Origin: Lytechinus pictus
Taxonomy: Eukaryota
Reading direction: 5' to 3'
DNA length: 64,000 nucleotides
Assembly: GCF_037042905.1 (NCBI RefSeq)
Contig: NC_087245.1
Span: 20,214,001 to 20,278,000 of the forward strand
The notes under the pieces were generated by a model. That model worked only from the letters and a program-made list of their open reading frames with translations, ran no database searches and was not told the DNA's origin. Shown piece after piece: positions 51,623 through 64,000 of this stretch. The translations under genes were made by a program, and so were the position numbers. How positions within the stretch are numbered: the stretch's first letter is position 1; each line of letters begins with the position of its first letter.

Positions 51623-54600
51623 GATACTATAATATCAAGACGCCAGACGTTATATATGAACTGAATTCTTAAACGGGGAATCATCAGGAAGACAAGGAAG
51701 AAGTACAATGCCCAAACCGTGAAGTTTTGTATAAGATATATCTCCTGTTAATTTGCCCGACTCTGGTACCTTGTTCTACTTGTAGCATAATTTCTTTGAC
51801 CGACGGTTACAGCAAAGACTGATTTGGTCCGTGACGAATGATACGATACAGAAATTAAGAATGTTTCATCGTACTTATGTAGGGTAGCTTATTTTGGTGC
51901 AAGGCTGAATGAGGTATGTGGCTAGGGGAGAGTCAAGCATTGCAAATGTTTCTTATGGAAGAGGACCTAGGTTCGATCAACACTCTTGACTCATGTCTAT
52001 TTCATCTTTCTTGATAGTTGGTGTTACTGGTGTTTATTCCGTCAATTGATTTTTTTTTGGTTTTTATTGCCGTTTATTTAGTGAATAATGCCAAAATGAC
52101 TCATTCTTTTTCTTTTAGTGTTAGACTCTCTTCCCAGCCACATGTCTGATATGCTATCCTTTTGTAGACCTACTGTACAATCAATGACTGTCAAACTAAA
52201 GGAAATAAAAAAGAAGAAGATATATATTAATGGACTGACATTGCTGGCGTCCTTGACCGTCGAACAAGCAGTTCCGTTTTACTTTGAACTGTATCAGTGA
52301 TTTGTGAAGTCAATAATACCAACAACTTATACCGCGATCGAAAACATTTCACGCGCACGTAATTTTACAAGCTAATTTTTTAGATCTTTAAATTTCCATT
52401 CTTGCATCATTTATACGAATATGTTCCCTTAACATCCAGTGACACGGCTCTGATTTCATTTTGTTTTCCTGAGAAGACAGACAAACTGGATGGGATATAA
52501 CTTGCACGACGATGTATCAATCACAGATTTGTCAGAAAATCAATGAAATCAATTCCTAGAAAAGACACAGCAGGATATCAAGTTCGTTACCCTGGTCGCA
52601 GCAAGCGCTATCATTAATGTACTTTGAGTAGTGACTATGACCAAGCGACATGTGTTTGAAATCTAGCGCTCGGCCTGAGGTCGAGGGAGTTATGGAATCA
52701 CACCCTTCTACATTTTGAGATAAGACACTAGTTTTTTTTTTTTCATTAGAACGAAATCAACACTCCAAAATTTCAAATGATAGTGTTTGCTTTTTGGCGC
52801 CCCCAAAAAGAGGTGCGCGGTGCAAGGGATCCTAGACCCATGCAGATATACCTTATGCCCAGTATGTTCATGCATACTTACTTGCTCATACACAAGATAT
52901 TCAATGCAACCTTGATGCAACAATCATTGCACATCATGCGTAGATAATGAATTATTATTTAATAACCATATATACGTGGAATGCGTTTACGCAGATTAAT
53001 GCTAATTCTTTTAGAAAATACAGTTTATAAACTGAAAATGAAGGTTCTCACTTGATAGATCCTGACTTAGCTTTCATAAAACATATCAGATGCTGAGTAC
53101 ATATGGATCAGTAAAGAACTTGTCCAGAAAGGGAGACTTGTATGTTCAAAATTATAAGGGTTTGGTCTATTCAACTTCATAATCCATATAGATGGTGTCA
53201 CTCGCCAGGAGTGCTTGGATTTTCAAGCATATTATTTATAAAATATTGATATGCGGTTTTCTTTTTGTCAAGACAATTGCAAGTGGCTTCCTGAAACTTC
53301 ATGAAAATCTTCATGAAAAGTTCATGTTCTTCATGAAAAACCACAATGAATTGGATTCAAAGAGCTATAGCATCCTCCTTATTGGCCAGTTTATTAAGAC
53401 TAGCAAGTTTATCAAATAAAATTGAAGTCGTCTTTCTTGATGTTACAATGAGAACCATTTCACCTCGTAAGCTCCAACCAACTTCAAGAAGGATAAGGTC
53501 TTCTCTGTTGTGATTAATGTATGTTACTTCCCTTATCATGAATGTTTTCCTAAGTATAGATACTGATTAATCATCCTCTGCAACTGCCTCCCTGGGAAGC
53601 CACCTATCCAACATCATTTCGTCAAAAGTACAGAGTGAAGGGTAACTATTCTTGTAGTTGGGGTATAGTATACCTCAAAGGGTCTCTTTACATGATTGTA
53701 CCATTCTGTGGGAAGTGACTTGGTTGGATGACTTCATAATAACATTTGATATCATTATGAAAGCATGAATTTTGAATGGCACATGATGTACATCGTCGAT
53801 TGGAATCGTCCAAAGCAACTAATTTTTATTTATTTTGAAAGGGAAGCAGGGTGGTGGACTGAAAACGTCTCCATGGTTTACGTCATGTTATGCGCAGCAA
53901 GTACATTGAACAGAGACTAGTAACGGTCATCGGAACTCTCTATGAATTAATTTTGAACGCCATCTTTCCTGTCATTCTATCTAAGTTGTCGAATTGCCAT
54001 CATTTCAGATACGAAGATTGAGGGTTGTATGTCTAAAGAGCAAAGCCAGAAATACTTTAAAGTGATCTTTTTCAGAAAAGTCAGCATGGAGAAAAATATA
54101 TCGCAAGTTTTTGCTAACATCAGATATCATATTTTTTTTGTTAATGCAGTGAGTGTGTATCTTTAATTCAATCATAACTTAACTATATAGACCAATTTTA
54201 CAAACTGTAGCATGCCGCTCCAGATTGTTGAATTATTAGCTGTAGTCTTGATTCTATTATTGATGGACTTAACGGACATGACATAAGCTCCATTTTTATC
54301 TCGCTGTAGATATATGTATATATTCAAAGTCGTGATAAGCAACATAACAGGAATGATAAAAACAGCACTTTGGTTTCATTAAATACACGTTTTAACAATA
54401 CAGGCTAAGTGGACATCCATTAGGTTCTCTATTAGGCAATCGGTAAAGACATGATAAACCTTGGAGTTTAACAATATATTCATGATACCTTACTTTATTC
54501 ACCTGGTAAGAGCTTAACATGTTGTTAATCTATCTCGGATCACGAAGGGATCCTCACATTGACGGACAGGAATAGGCTTGGGCCTCGTACCAAGTTGTAC

Positions 54601-56930
54601 CCCCGGGTTGTACCTCAGATGTTACCATTTGTTCAGATTACACTGGTGCACAAAATTACAACGTACCCTTCTTAAATATTTTAGAACATCCCCTTTAAAA
54701 TGAGAGACAAACGAACAATTTTTTTATTCGATATTAAGTCTCCAGGTCACGGTTTTCTTGTTCCCATTACAGTCAGTCTCGCCATTAATATTTATTTTCA
54801 TTATTGGTTCCTATCTTTTATTTATGCCTCGCATTTTTTGTCATGCGACGCTAATACGCGGAAGCGATAGCCGGGTAAATCGATGTCCATCTGCAAAAAG
54901 CTTATTATCGGTTTTGTTTTTATATGTCATGAAATTGATTTCTCATACAATGAAGCCCATCAAGTTATGCGTCAAGCTGAGATGTACTTACCGTGGGGAG
55001 ACATGTACTTTGGTAACGTACAAAACATCATAGAAGTTCGGCCACTCTTGAAGAACATTTTATATAGGAAACTATAGATACTTACAATTCATACTGTAGA
55101 ATCATGGCACCAGTCCATATATATATAAGAGGAGAGACTGATCTAAGTGAGTGGTATTTTTGTCTTCACCTGTTTTTTATCATCCCCTGTTTTTGTACTT
55201 CTACTCAATCATGCATCAATGACTAAGTGATTATGTGTCATGAAATTTTCACATTTATTTTATTCTGTCCATATATAATTGTTTCTTTAACAAGGAATTG
55301 TACGACGAGTGTATAATTATCTAAATAACATATTTAATATTTAATGAATCATTGATGTGCTTTCACAAATAATATGGAGTATCATAAAATAAAAATAGAT
55401 GTTTCAGAGGATTGGGAAGATTTTACATGGGAGCAGGAACCAGAGCATGCCGACATTTTTCAAGAATCTTATAGAATGTCCATTCTTGTTAGGAACTGGA
55501 TTCTTTCCTTACCCTACTTTTATTAATTAATTATCTGAAAATCTATTGGAACAAGTCTTAATGTACACTTTTTAATTCGAATGGACTTCACGAGGTTTCG
55601 TAAACTGAATTGCTGCTCAGGAAAGGTCCCATGGTTAATGTCTAAGTATCTAATATGTAATTTACACATACATCCATTTTGTTGAGGTTATGTTACATCT
55701 TCCAGGACAGCAAATGCCACTTGTTCTTGTTATTGACCTTCTAAAATCATTGAAGAACAAGAACCTTGCCGGAATTATATAGCGACTGCAGAGAGTGAGT
55801 TCTTGACAAACTGAATTACAAGTCTGATGTCTCAAGACCCAGTCTCGAGTCTCCTTATATCACTTCAAAAGACGAGTGACATTCCTCGTTACTTCTTTCA
55901 TAACCTTTCAGATGTGGTCAATTCAGATCTGGAATAAGTCAAGCATTTAATTTATTGTACGCCTTTGCATCAGAGGAACATTTCCTCTGGCGAAAGGTGA
56001 ACATTTCAATACTTTTCGGTTAGACTTTGCCAACATCAGCGTAAAGACATGACACCCTTTGCATTGTCCCACCTCCTAACCACCAACATACTTTTCGTTT
56101 CGTCCTGGTGAAATTGTTTAGAACCTGACGTGGTTCACGGTTCGTTATGCACAAATGTAACGTCAACGTTGGACAAGAACCCTAAGGCTTTGAATTGTCA
56201 AAATAAAAGCTGAAATCCAGGTAGGATTATCAAAACGTATTTGAAGAGAATCTCAGTAGACATTTTTAACATTGAAGCTGCATGTGTTTTGTAATGTGTG
56301 CAGGAGGGCAGAAAGCATTTTATGATACCAAATCACCGTTTACTTTCCATATTATGATAAAAATAATACGGGACAAGGTATGCATTACTATTCGATAAAA
56401 ACTATGAGCTACTATTCTAACAATTCTGCAACCGTATCTGGTAATGTTTTTCCGAAGTCGAAACACTTGCCAAAGACAGTGATCTGAAGAAGTTTAATCG
56501 ATATTTATTTGAATTTTCCTTCAAGGTAGGTCATCATTCTGGAAGGGATCTTACACCTGCCTGTTATAATAGTTGAGGTGTGCCTTTAAAACACAATTGA
56601 AATCATTTTGTTCACCTGTACCTCGCATCTAGTGTGACCTGGTAGCTTGTGAGCTTTCCACAGCCATACTATTAAGAAAACCTGAGGATGTGATAAGTCA
56701 TGGGAAGCATTTTTTTTGTAAATACAAATATCCGATTATAGGGTTCTTCGGCTTAGCCCAGGGGCAGAAAGACAGTCATTGTTCGTTCAAAATTGCATTA
56801 AACATTTATTCATTCAATTCAGCATATATATATTTCTTCCGTTTATTGTTTTGGTTCGCTGAACAAGTCATCAAGTTTGACTTAATGCAACTCTCCTTTA
56901 GGTTATCAGCGCAAGGAAGCTCCCATTCAA

Positions 56931-57494
56931 AGGTCAAGTCTACCCCAGAAGAATGTTGATTTGAATAAATATAGAAAAAATCAAAATAGCATAATGCTGA
57001 AAATTTCATCAAAATCGGATATGACATTGACAAGTTTCGATGATTTTTCACAGAACAGTTATATGCACAACTCAGTGATATGCAAATGAGAGTCGATGAT
57101 ATCCCTTACTATTTTTTTGCTATTTATTATTTGAATTATACAATATTTCACATTTTAAAGATTTGACAATACCAACTTGACTGACCTACAAAATGTTAAT
57201 TTCACGTATACAGAGAAGAATAAATCTTTACATGACAATGAGGAAGAAATTAAAGTTTTTTACATTTCATACTATGAAATACATAAGAAATAGTGAGCGG
57301 GAGACGTCATCTGTCCTCTCCATTGCATACCGACCAGGATGTGCACATAACTGTTTTGTGGAATTAAGCGAACCTTGACAATGTCATAACTTTCTTATTC
57401 TACATCCGATTTCGATGAAATTTTCACTGTTATGATTGTGTGATTTTCCGCCCTTTTATTAAAATGAACTTTTCGTTAGGGGTGTACTCATCCT
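56931..57494. mobile_element. Kolobok-like non-autonomous DNA element with long imperfect TIRs
   Basis: TCAA|AGGTCAAGTCTACCCC ... GGGGTGTACTCATCCT|TTAA. Inner inverted GAAAATTTCATCAAAATCGGAT / ATCCGATTTCGATGAAATTTTC and ACAGTTATATGCACA / TGTGCACATAACTGT. Confidence 0.85.
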
Positions 57495-59593
57495 TTAAAC
57501 AACGTACTTTTGATATTTCTTATTTGAAATAAAAAAATTCATAATGTGCACTTTCTATGAATATGAAGAAATGTATTGAATACAATTAAAATGTGCTATG
57601 GAATAAGAACGTCACTCTCATAACTGTCATGGCCTCACAGGGGGATTCTATGTCATTTTTTAGTGTGAAGTTAATTAGCTTCTTGACGTGCATCCGAAGG
57701 TATCATCGCATATGATTTATTGTTTTGGTGTAACATTCGGTTCAATGTCATGATTTTCCATGATCGGTCATCAGTAAGTGTTGATTTGATTAAGGTATAT
57801 AGACCTCAGTATGTTAAATACACCAATGATTTTACCATTAATTAATCATTTCAAACACCTTCAACGCATTGTCAGTTGTTGAAGGCCTTACCAGAAGGAT
57901 ATTTGCTGTACGAAAATCTGTTTTGTAATCAGATTGATTCGGATTAATTATTTTTTTTGACAGAAATGGGATAATAGATATTTATTTTCATTCCTAATCG
58001 TTTTGGCAAGTGATTGATTGGCATAATAAAATTACGTATATGAAATTTCATGTCCATACATCCATCCCCATCACGCATTAAGTATTTATTTATTTGATTT
58101 GCAATAGAACTAATTAGCGAGCTTATTATCTAATCGTAGCTCAAGAAATTTACATTATCAATTTGATCTCCCGTACTATCATAAACGAGAAAATTAACCT
58201 CCGATGATCAAACAAGTTTTGAAAGGAAAAAAAACATTAATTCGAAGTCATATCGAGAAGCATATTAGCCGAGCTATATAAACATGTAAAACGTGGGAGG
58301 AAACAAACGTTCTACTAGCTATCCGAAAGTGGGCTATTAACTTTCGTAGGCCCGTGTTTACGACATTTACGTTCAGGTATAAATACGATCGATGGCTGAT
58401 CGATGCTTAATTTGATGGTATCGGAATGAGAATGTATTCGGATAAAAATTGTCAGCAGGTCTCGAGGACATTTTCTCTATTTCATTCATGTCTTCCTCCT
58501 GTTTGTGTTTAAACCTGCGGGTCGATAAAAGTCAGTTTCATATTCTCGATAGTGTTAAAGAGTAGTACTTGAATGAGATATGAAAAACTCAAGGATGAGA
58601 AGGCAACACAAATTTTATTCCAAAAAAGTTTACTATATCACATTAACGTCTTGCAATATCGCGAGAAAAGTTTTGAATACATTTTTATGAGGAACGAGCG
58701 CATGGGAAAATAACAAGCATAAACGTTCCAATAAAAAAAAAATCAGTATCGACGAAAGATTTTTCAGCTATCTTGCTTCCTTTAATAGGTGACAAAAAAA
58801 TCATTTTCAAATATCCTGTAATTATACATTTTATATACAGGCATGGTAGATTATTAATGTGATAATTATTGCATTATACGATGGAAATGAAATTAAAAGT
58901 AAAGAGCTGACAAATGAAATAAAATACGATGGCTTTTGTTGTAATTTAATGAAGAATGAACTAGGAATTCCTTGGCCATGAGAATGTTTCTGTTTGTGGC
59001 GAGACAACGTTTTGTAATTGTTGTGATTAGCGGTAGTCATTAAAGAATAACGCACCTTATATATGGGCTTTATTATCTTACAGCTTTATTCAAATTATGG
59101 GCAATATTTCAAGGATTCATGTATCTTATTATATTATATAATCACATTTCTTTTTATTGCATTATGTTGCACTGTATCGTATTAAATAGGCCATCTTACG
59201 TTGTTCTATCCTGCAAAACATTATATTTCATTGTATTAAATTGTATTATATTGACGAAACTATATTTATATTATATCACACTATTTATTGATTTGTGTTA
59301 TATTTTCCTGTGATATATCATACATTTGTGAATATTTGAATAACAAAAATTTTAAGAATGAATTGGAGAAAATATTAGATTTAACGCGATCAACTTACAT
59401 GGTTATTCTTATGATTATAGTAACAAGTTTACCGAGCAAATTAAGAAACAATTATTATTAAAACTACAAAAGTGGGAAAATATATATGGATCACAATCAA
59501 TATATAGAAATAGAGAGAGAGAGAGAGAGAGAGAAGTAAACAAAGAAAAACAGAGAAACAGAAGGAAAAGCAAAGAAGGAATTAATGACCTAC

Positions 59594-59842
59594 CTTTTGA
59601 GTGTAAGAAGATAAATCCTACGACGAATCCCTTCCTCCGAGTCGTTTTTTGATTCCTGGATATCGCGTCTCTTTGATTCTTAGAGTAAAAAAAATAACAA
59701 GGCAAGAAGAAAAACCAGAGTGACGAAAGTTGCTTGGAACAACCAACAAGCTCGATTCTCCCTACTATTTTCCTCATCCACAAAAGAGAATTCTGTGTCT
59801 CGCGCGCGACTCTTCTTTTATCGTCTGATGTGAGAAACTGGT
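59594..59842 (-). other. Candidate non-coding first exon of a minus-strand gene
   Basis: CpG-enriched; begins ~31-34 nt below a TATA box at CA/CCAGTT; ends at AAAAG|GTAGGT, followed by a (TC)n tract. Confidence 0.6.
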
Positions 59843-59875
59843 GGCGAAGTCGGATACACTCTTGCGCTTTATATA
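59836..59875 (-). promoter_or_regulatory. Pol II core promoter: TATA box + initiator-like element
   Basis: Minus strand TATATAAAG (59875-59867) and CCAGTT (59841-59836). Confidence 0.6.
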
Positions 59876-60539
59876 CGGATGAACTCTGTGTGTAGTATAA
59901 TGATGAGTTTCTTGTATCGGAGTTTTTCCGCCGGTAACTCTACGTCTGCGTTAGACCAAACAAAGCTGATTATTTCAGTTGTATGATTAACGTTGACGTG
60001 AGTGGAGACCAGTGAAGAAATATAATTGAAATAAATCTGCTAATCTCTATGTGCTTCATTAATCATAAGACCACAATGGGTTAGATCATATAGATACATT
60101 TTTCACTCAGGGCGTAAATAACCTAATTTTTGTCAGTATGCTTAACATCCTCTATACTTGGATAAATAGATTTGTTCGGAAAAAATATGGAAGATTTAAA
60201 CTGTCAAATAGTCTGAGTAATACATTTGTAGGTCTGTTTCATGTTCAAACGAATCAATACTGTGATAGGGTTATTACTTTCCGCCTAAGCCCCAGGGGAA
60301 CAGCTCATATAGTATTCGTAGAACGTGGAATGCGATTAAGAGCAATGTATTATTATGTTTGACACTCAATCACTGAATTCCAAGAAATGTTAAAGTAGAT
60401 ATAATTAGAAATTTAAATATTAACTGTCATATCCTTTTAATCGGGTAAAAAGAAAAACACTTATTGCAATATTTGAATGTTTTCGAAGAACGAAAAGTTG
60501 AAAAGTAGAAGAATACACTTCTAATTAAAACTTGTCAAA

Positions 60540-63128
60540 AAGCTCTTTCCATTCAGTTCTTTAAAGCTCTACCAAATAATTCTATTCTTTAAAGCTCAAT
60601 CCATTCCATTCTTTAAAGCTCTATTCATTCATTTTTAAAGCTTTATCCACTCAATTCTTTAAAACTCTATCATTTCAATTCTTTAAAGCTCCTATCAATT
60701 CAGTTTTTTTTTTCTTCTATCCATCCAATTGTTAAAAGATTTATCCATTCCATTCTTTAAAGTTCTATCCATTCAGTTCTTTAAAGCTATATCAAATCCT
60801 TTCTCTGTCCATTCCATTCTTTAAAGCTCTATCGGTTCAGTTCTTTAACGCTCTATCTATTCAGTTAATGGAATGGAATGGATAGATCTCTAAAGAATGG
60901 AATTGAAAGAACTTTAAAAAACCAAATTACTAGAAACTTAAAGAACTGAATGGATAGTGTTAAAGAAATGAACGGATGGAGCTTTACATAATGGAATGAA
61001 TAGACCTTTAAAGAATGGAATGGAAAGAGCTTTAAAGAATGGAACGGATAGAGATTTAAAGAATTGAATGTAGAGAACCTTAAAAACTGGAATGGGTAGA
61101 GCCTTAAAGAACTGAATGGATAAAGAAAGGAATTGATTGAGCTTTAAAGAACTGAATGAATAGAGCTTTAAACAACTGAATGGATAGAGTGTTAAAGAAC
61201 TAAATGGATAAAGAAAGGAATTGATAGAGCTTTAAATCCTGAATGGATAGATCTTTAAAGAATGGAATGAATAAAGCTTTAAATAACTGAATGGATAGAG
61301 CTTTAAATAACTATTTAGCGCTTTAAAGAACTGAATAGAAGGAGCATTAAAAACTGAATCGGTAGAGTTTTTAAGAACTGAATGGATATAGAAAGGAATG
61401 GATAGAGGTTAAAAGAATCGAATGAAAAAGCTTAAAAGAATGGAATGGATAGAACTTAAAAAAATGGAATGGAGAGAGCTTTAAAGAATGGAATTGATAG
61501 ACCTTTAAAGAATGGAATGAATAGACCTTTAAATAATGCAACGGATAGAGCTTTAAAGAATGGAATGTATTCAGCTCTAGAACTGGAATAGGTAGAGTTG
61601 TAAAGAACTGAATGGATAAAGAAAGGAATTAATTGAGCTTTAAAGAATGGAATGGATAAAACTTTAAACAATTGAATGGATAGAGCTTTAAAAGAATGGA
61701 ATGGATAGAGCTTTAAACAACCGAATCAATAGAACATTAAAGAACTAATTAATGGATAGTGTTTTAGAGAATTTAACAGATGGAGCTTTAAAGAATCAAA
61801 TGGATAGAGCTTTAAGTAATGGAATGTATAGAGCTTTAAAAACTGGAATGGGTAGAGCTTTAAAGAACTGAATGGATAGAGCTTTAAAGAATGGAATGGA
61901 TAAAACTTTAAACAACTGAATCGATAGAGCTTTAAAATAATGGAATGGATAGAGCGTTAAACAACCGAATCAATAGAACCTTAATATAGTTTTAGACCAC
62001 TGAACTGATAGAGCTTTCAAGAATGGAATGGATAGAGCTTTACATAATGGAATGAATAGAGCATTAAAGAATGGAATGGATAAAGCTTTAAACAACTGAA
62101 TGGATAGAGCCTTAAAGAATTGAATGGAAACAGTTTTTAAGAACTGAGTGAATATAGAAAAAAATGGATAGAGCTTTAAAGAACTGAATGGATAGAGTTT
62201 AAAGAGTGGAATTGATAGAGCTCTCTCCATTCCATTCTCTAAAGCTCTATCCATTCTTTTCTATATCCACTCAGTTCTTAAAAACTTTTTCCATTCAATT
62301 CTTTAAGGCTCTATCCATTCAGTTGTTTAAAGCTTTATCTATTCCATTCTTTTAAAGCTCTATCCATGCAGTTCTTTAAAGCTCTATCAATTCCTTTCTC
62401 TATCCATTCAGTTATTTAAAGCTCCTTTCATTCTATTCTAAAAACTCTATATCCGTTCCATTCTTTAAAGCTCTATCCGTTCCATTCTTTAAAGTTCTAT
62501 CCATCCAATTCTTTAAAGCCCTATCCATTCGGTTCCTTAAAGCTCTATAATAATATGACAATAATAGTAGTAATAATAATAATAAGCATTTATATAGCGC
62601 TTTATCAATCTACGACTGCTCAAAGCGCTTCACAATTATTATTACCCGGTCACTGGATTCACAGCATTTCAAGCAGCCTGTTAGGCGCACACTTGCTAAA
62701 CCAACCACAATGACAGTTGTTTCCTACCGGTACCCAATAAGCATCTGGGTGGCAAAATGTGGATTGACGCCTTGCCAAAGGATGCTAGGCCATGATGGGA
62801 TTCGAACACACGACCCTCTGTTTACAAGGCGAGAACCGCTACACCACGGCGCTTCCACTTCTATCCATTCAATTCTTTACAGCTGTACCCATTCCATTTT
62901 CTAAAGCTATATCCATTACATTCTTTAAAGCTCTACCCATTCATTTTTTTAAAGCTCTATACATTCAGTTATTTCAAGCTTTATCCATTCTCAGTTCTTT
63001 AAAGCTCAATCATTTCTTTTTTTTATCCATTCAGGCTCTACCCATTCCAGGTTTTAAAGCTCTATACATTCCACTCTTTAAAGCTCTATCCGTTCCAATT
63101 CTCAAAGCTCTATCCATTCTATTCTTTA
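60540..63128. repeat. 24-bp minisatellite (AAAGCTCTATCCATTC[C/A][A/G]TTCTTT)n with internal orientation reversal
   Basis: Forward ~60540-60866, reversed ~60867-62220, forward ~62221-63128; interrupted by a SINE. Confidence 0.95.
62549..62857 (-). mobile_element. tRNA-derived SINE with L2-like 3' end and (ATT)n tail
   Basis: Minus strand GGAAGCGCCGTGGTGTAGCGG..GTTCGAATCCC head, CCTTTGGCAAGGC body, AAGCGCTTTGAG..AGCGCTATATAAATGC(TTA)n tail. Confidence 0.88.
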
Positions 63129-64000
63129 ATTCAATTCAATTTCAATTCAATCTTTATTTCGCAAAATAAGATAAAAATACAAAGAAACATCAAATAATGT
63201 GATTAGATAATAAAATAAATTGCGTGGCTTTCCATGAAGGTTATAAGAAACCTGTAAGGCTGGATCGCCAAAACATAGTAAAACGACAACAATATTGAAT
63301 TAAAAAAACACAGAATGTCATATCATTATAGTAAATACAATGTAGGAAAAAGGAGGAAAAAAACAACAACAAAGAATACAAAAAGACACGAATCGAAGGA
63401 GGGGGGGGGGTAGATATGGTACAAGTAATGCATTGATATCAACTGCGAAAATTAATAATCATTTACTAGAAAAATTTTGTACTGTTTTCTAAAGGATGAT
63501 ATAAATTGTGAATTAGTTATTATTTGGGGAATCTCGTTCCATTGTTTGGGACCTACATAACTCAATGATTTAGCTTCGTGACTAGACTTGATAGACCATA
63601 AATGAAATTTATTGGAAGAACGGGTATTATGATTATGAACTTGATTATTGTATTGAAAAAGATCTGAAAAAGGAGTGGGTAACAACCTCTTCTTGTACTT
63701 ATACATAAATATTGCGAGTTCTTGCTTATTAATATCATATATATTAAGTAAAGACAATTTCTTAAATAAAGGTGCGGATGGTGCTAGGTAATGGGAATTG
63801 GTAATTATTCTTAAACATTTCTTTTGAATTTTGAATATTGAGTCCAATTCATATGAGGTAACATTGGTAGCCCAGACAATATTGCAATATTTTAAATAAG
63901 GGAAAATTATGGAATGGTATAGAGTTATCAGATTTTTATGAAGTAAACTATGCTTAAGTTTGTAAATTAAACCAGTATTCCTACTTATCTTATGTAATAC
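63128..64000 (-). mobile_element. 3' end of a CR1/L2-group LINE (Crack/Daphne-like), continuing past the window end
   Basis: ORF2 C-terminus, 3' UTR, then AATAAA and an (ATTGA)n tail at 63128-63160. Confidence 0.88.
63452..64000 (-). CDS. LINE ORF2 C-terminal (post-RT) region, partial
   Basis: Open from the window edge: KISRNTGLIYKL..LYHSIIFPYLKYCNIVW..IQKKCLRII..SAPLFKKL..HNHNTR..GPKQWNEIP..FRK. Confidence 0.9.
   Translation of the reverse strand, partial: VLHKISRNTGLIYKLKHSLLHKNLITLYHSIIFPYLKYCNIVWATNVTSYELDSIFKIQKKCLRIITNSHYLAPSAPLFKKLSLLNIYDINKQELAIFMYKYKKRLLPTPFSDLFQYNNQVHNHNTRSSNKFHLWSIKSSHEAKSLSYVGPKQWNEIPQIITNSQFISSFRKQYKIFLVNDY

Noticed and set aside
53200..56700. Stretches with coding-like composition (also 11.3-11.9 kb)
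   Set aside because: Many stops and no motif I can assign; possibly ancient transposon debris. A translated HMM search would be needed.
60540..63128. CRISPR-like array or repeat-protein ORFs (FFKALSIP)
   Set aside because: Head-to-tail degenerate 24-mers without unique spacers, in a eukaryotic context; the ORFs are satellite translations.

Overview
AT-rich eukaryotic genomic DNA, mostly intronic or intergenic. The repeat content suggests a marine invertebrate, probably a sea urchin (inference). No intact host protein-coding ORF is recognisable and most of the ORF track is noise. Clear mobile elements are: a 5'-truncated Neptune-type Penelope-like retroelement (RT plus C-terminal GIY-YIG, 3' hammerhead, TSD), a decayed IR/DR Tc1 transposon, the 3' end of a CR1/L2-group LINE, tRNA-derived SINEs, many MITE/foldback/Helentron-type elements, and a 24-bp satellite with an internal orientation flip. 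A TATA promoter with a non-coding first exon on the minus strand (~59.6-59.9 kb) suggests the window lies in a large minus-strand gene. The most unusual locus is 38.4-39.3 kb: a (TA)n-anchored 408-bp 1.5-mer repeat carrying two identical, fully foldable, T6-terminated tRNA-like genes with a UCA (UGA-reading) anticodon in a non-Sec body. It sits in a (TA)n cluster with two other elements. A stand-alone hammerhead ribozyme beside another (TA)n lies at 3.15 kb.
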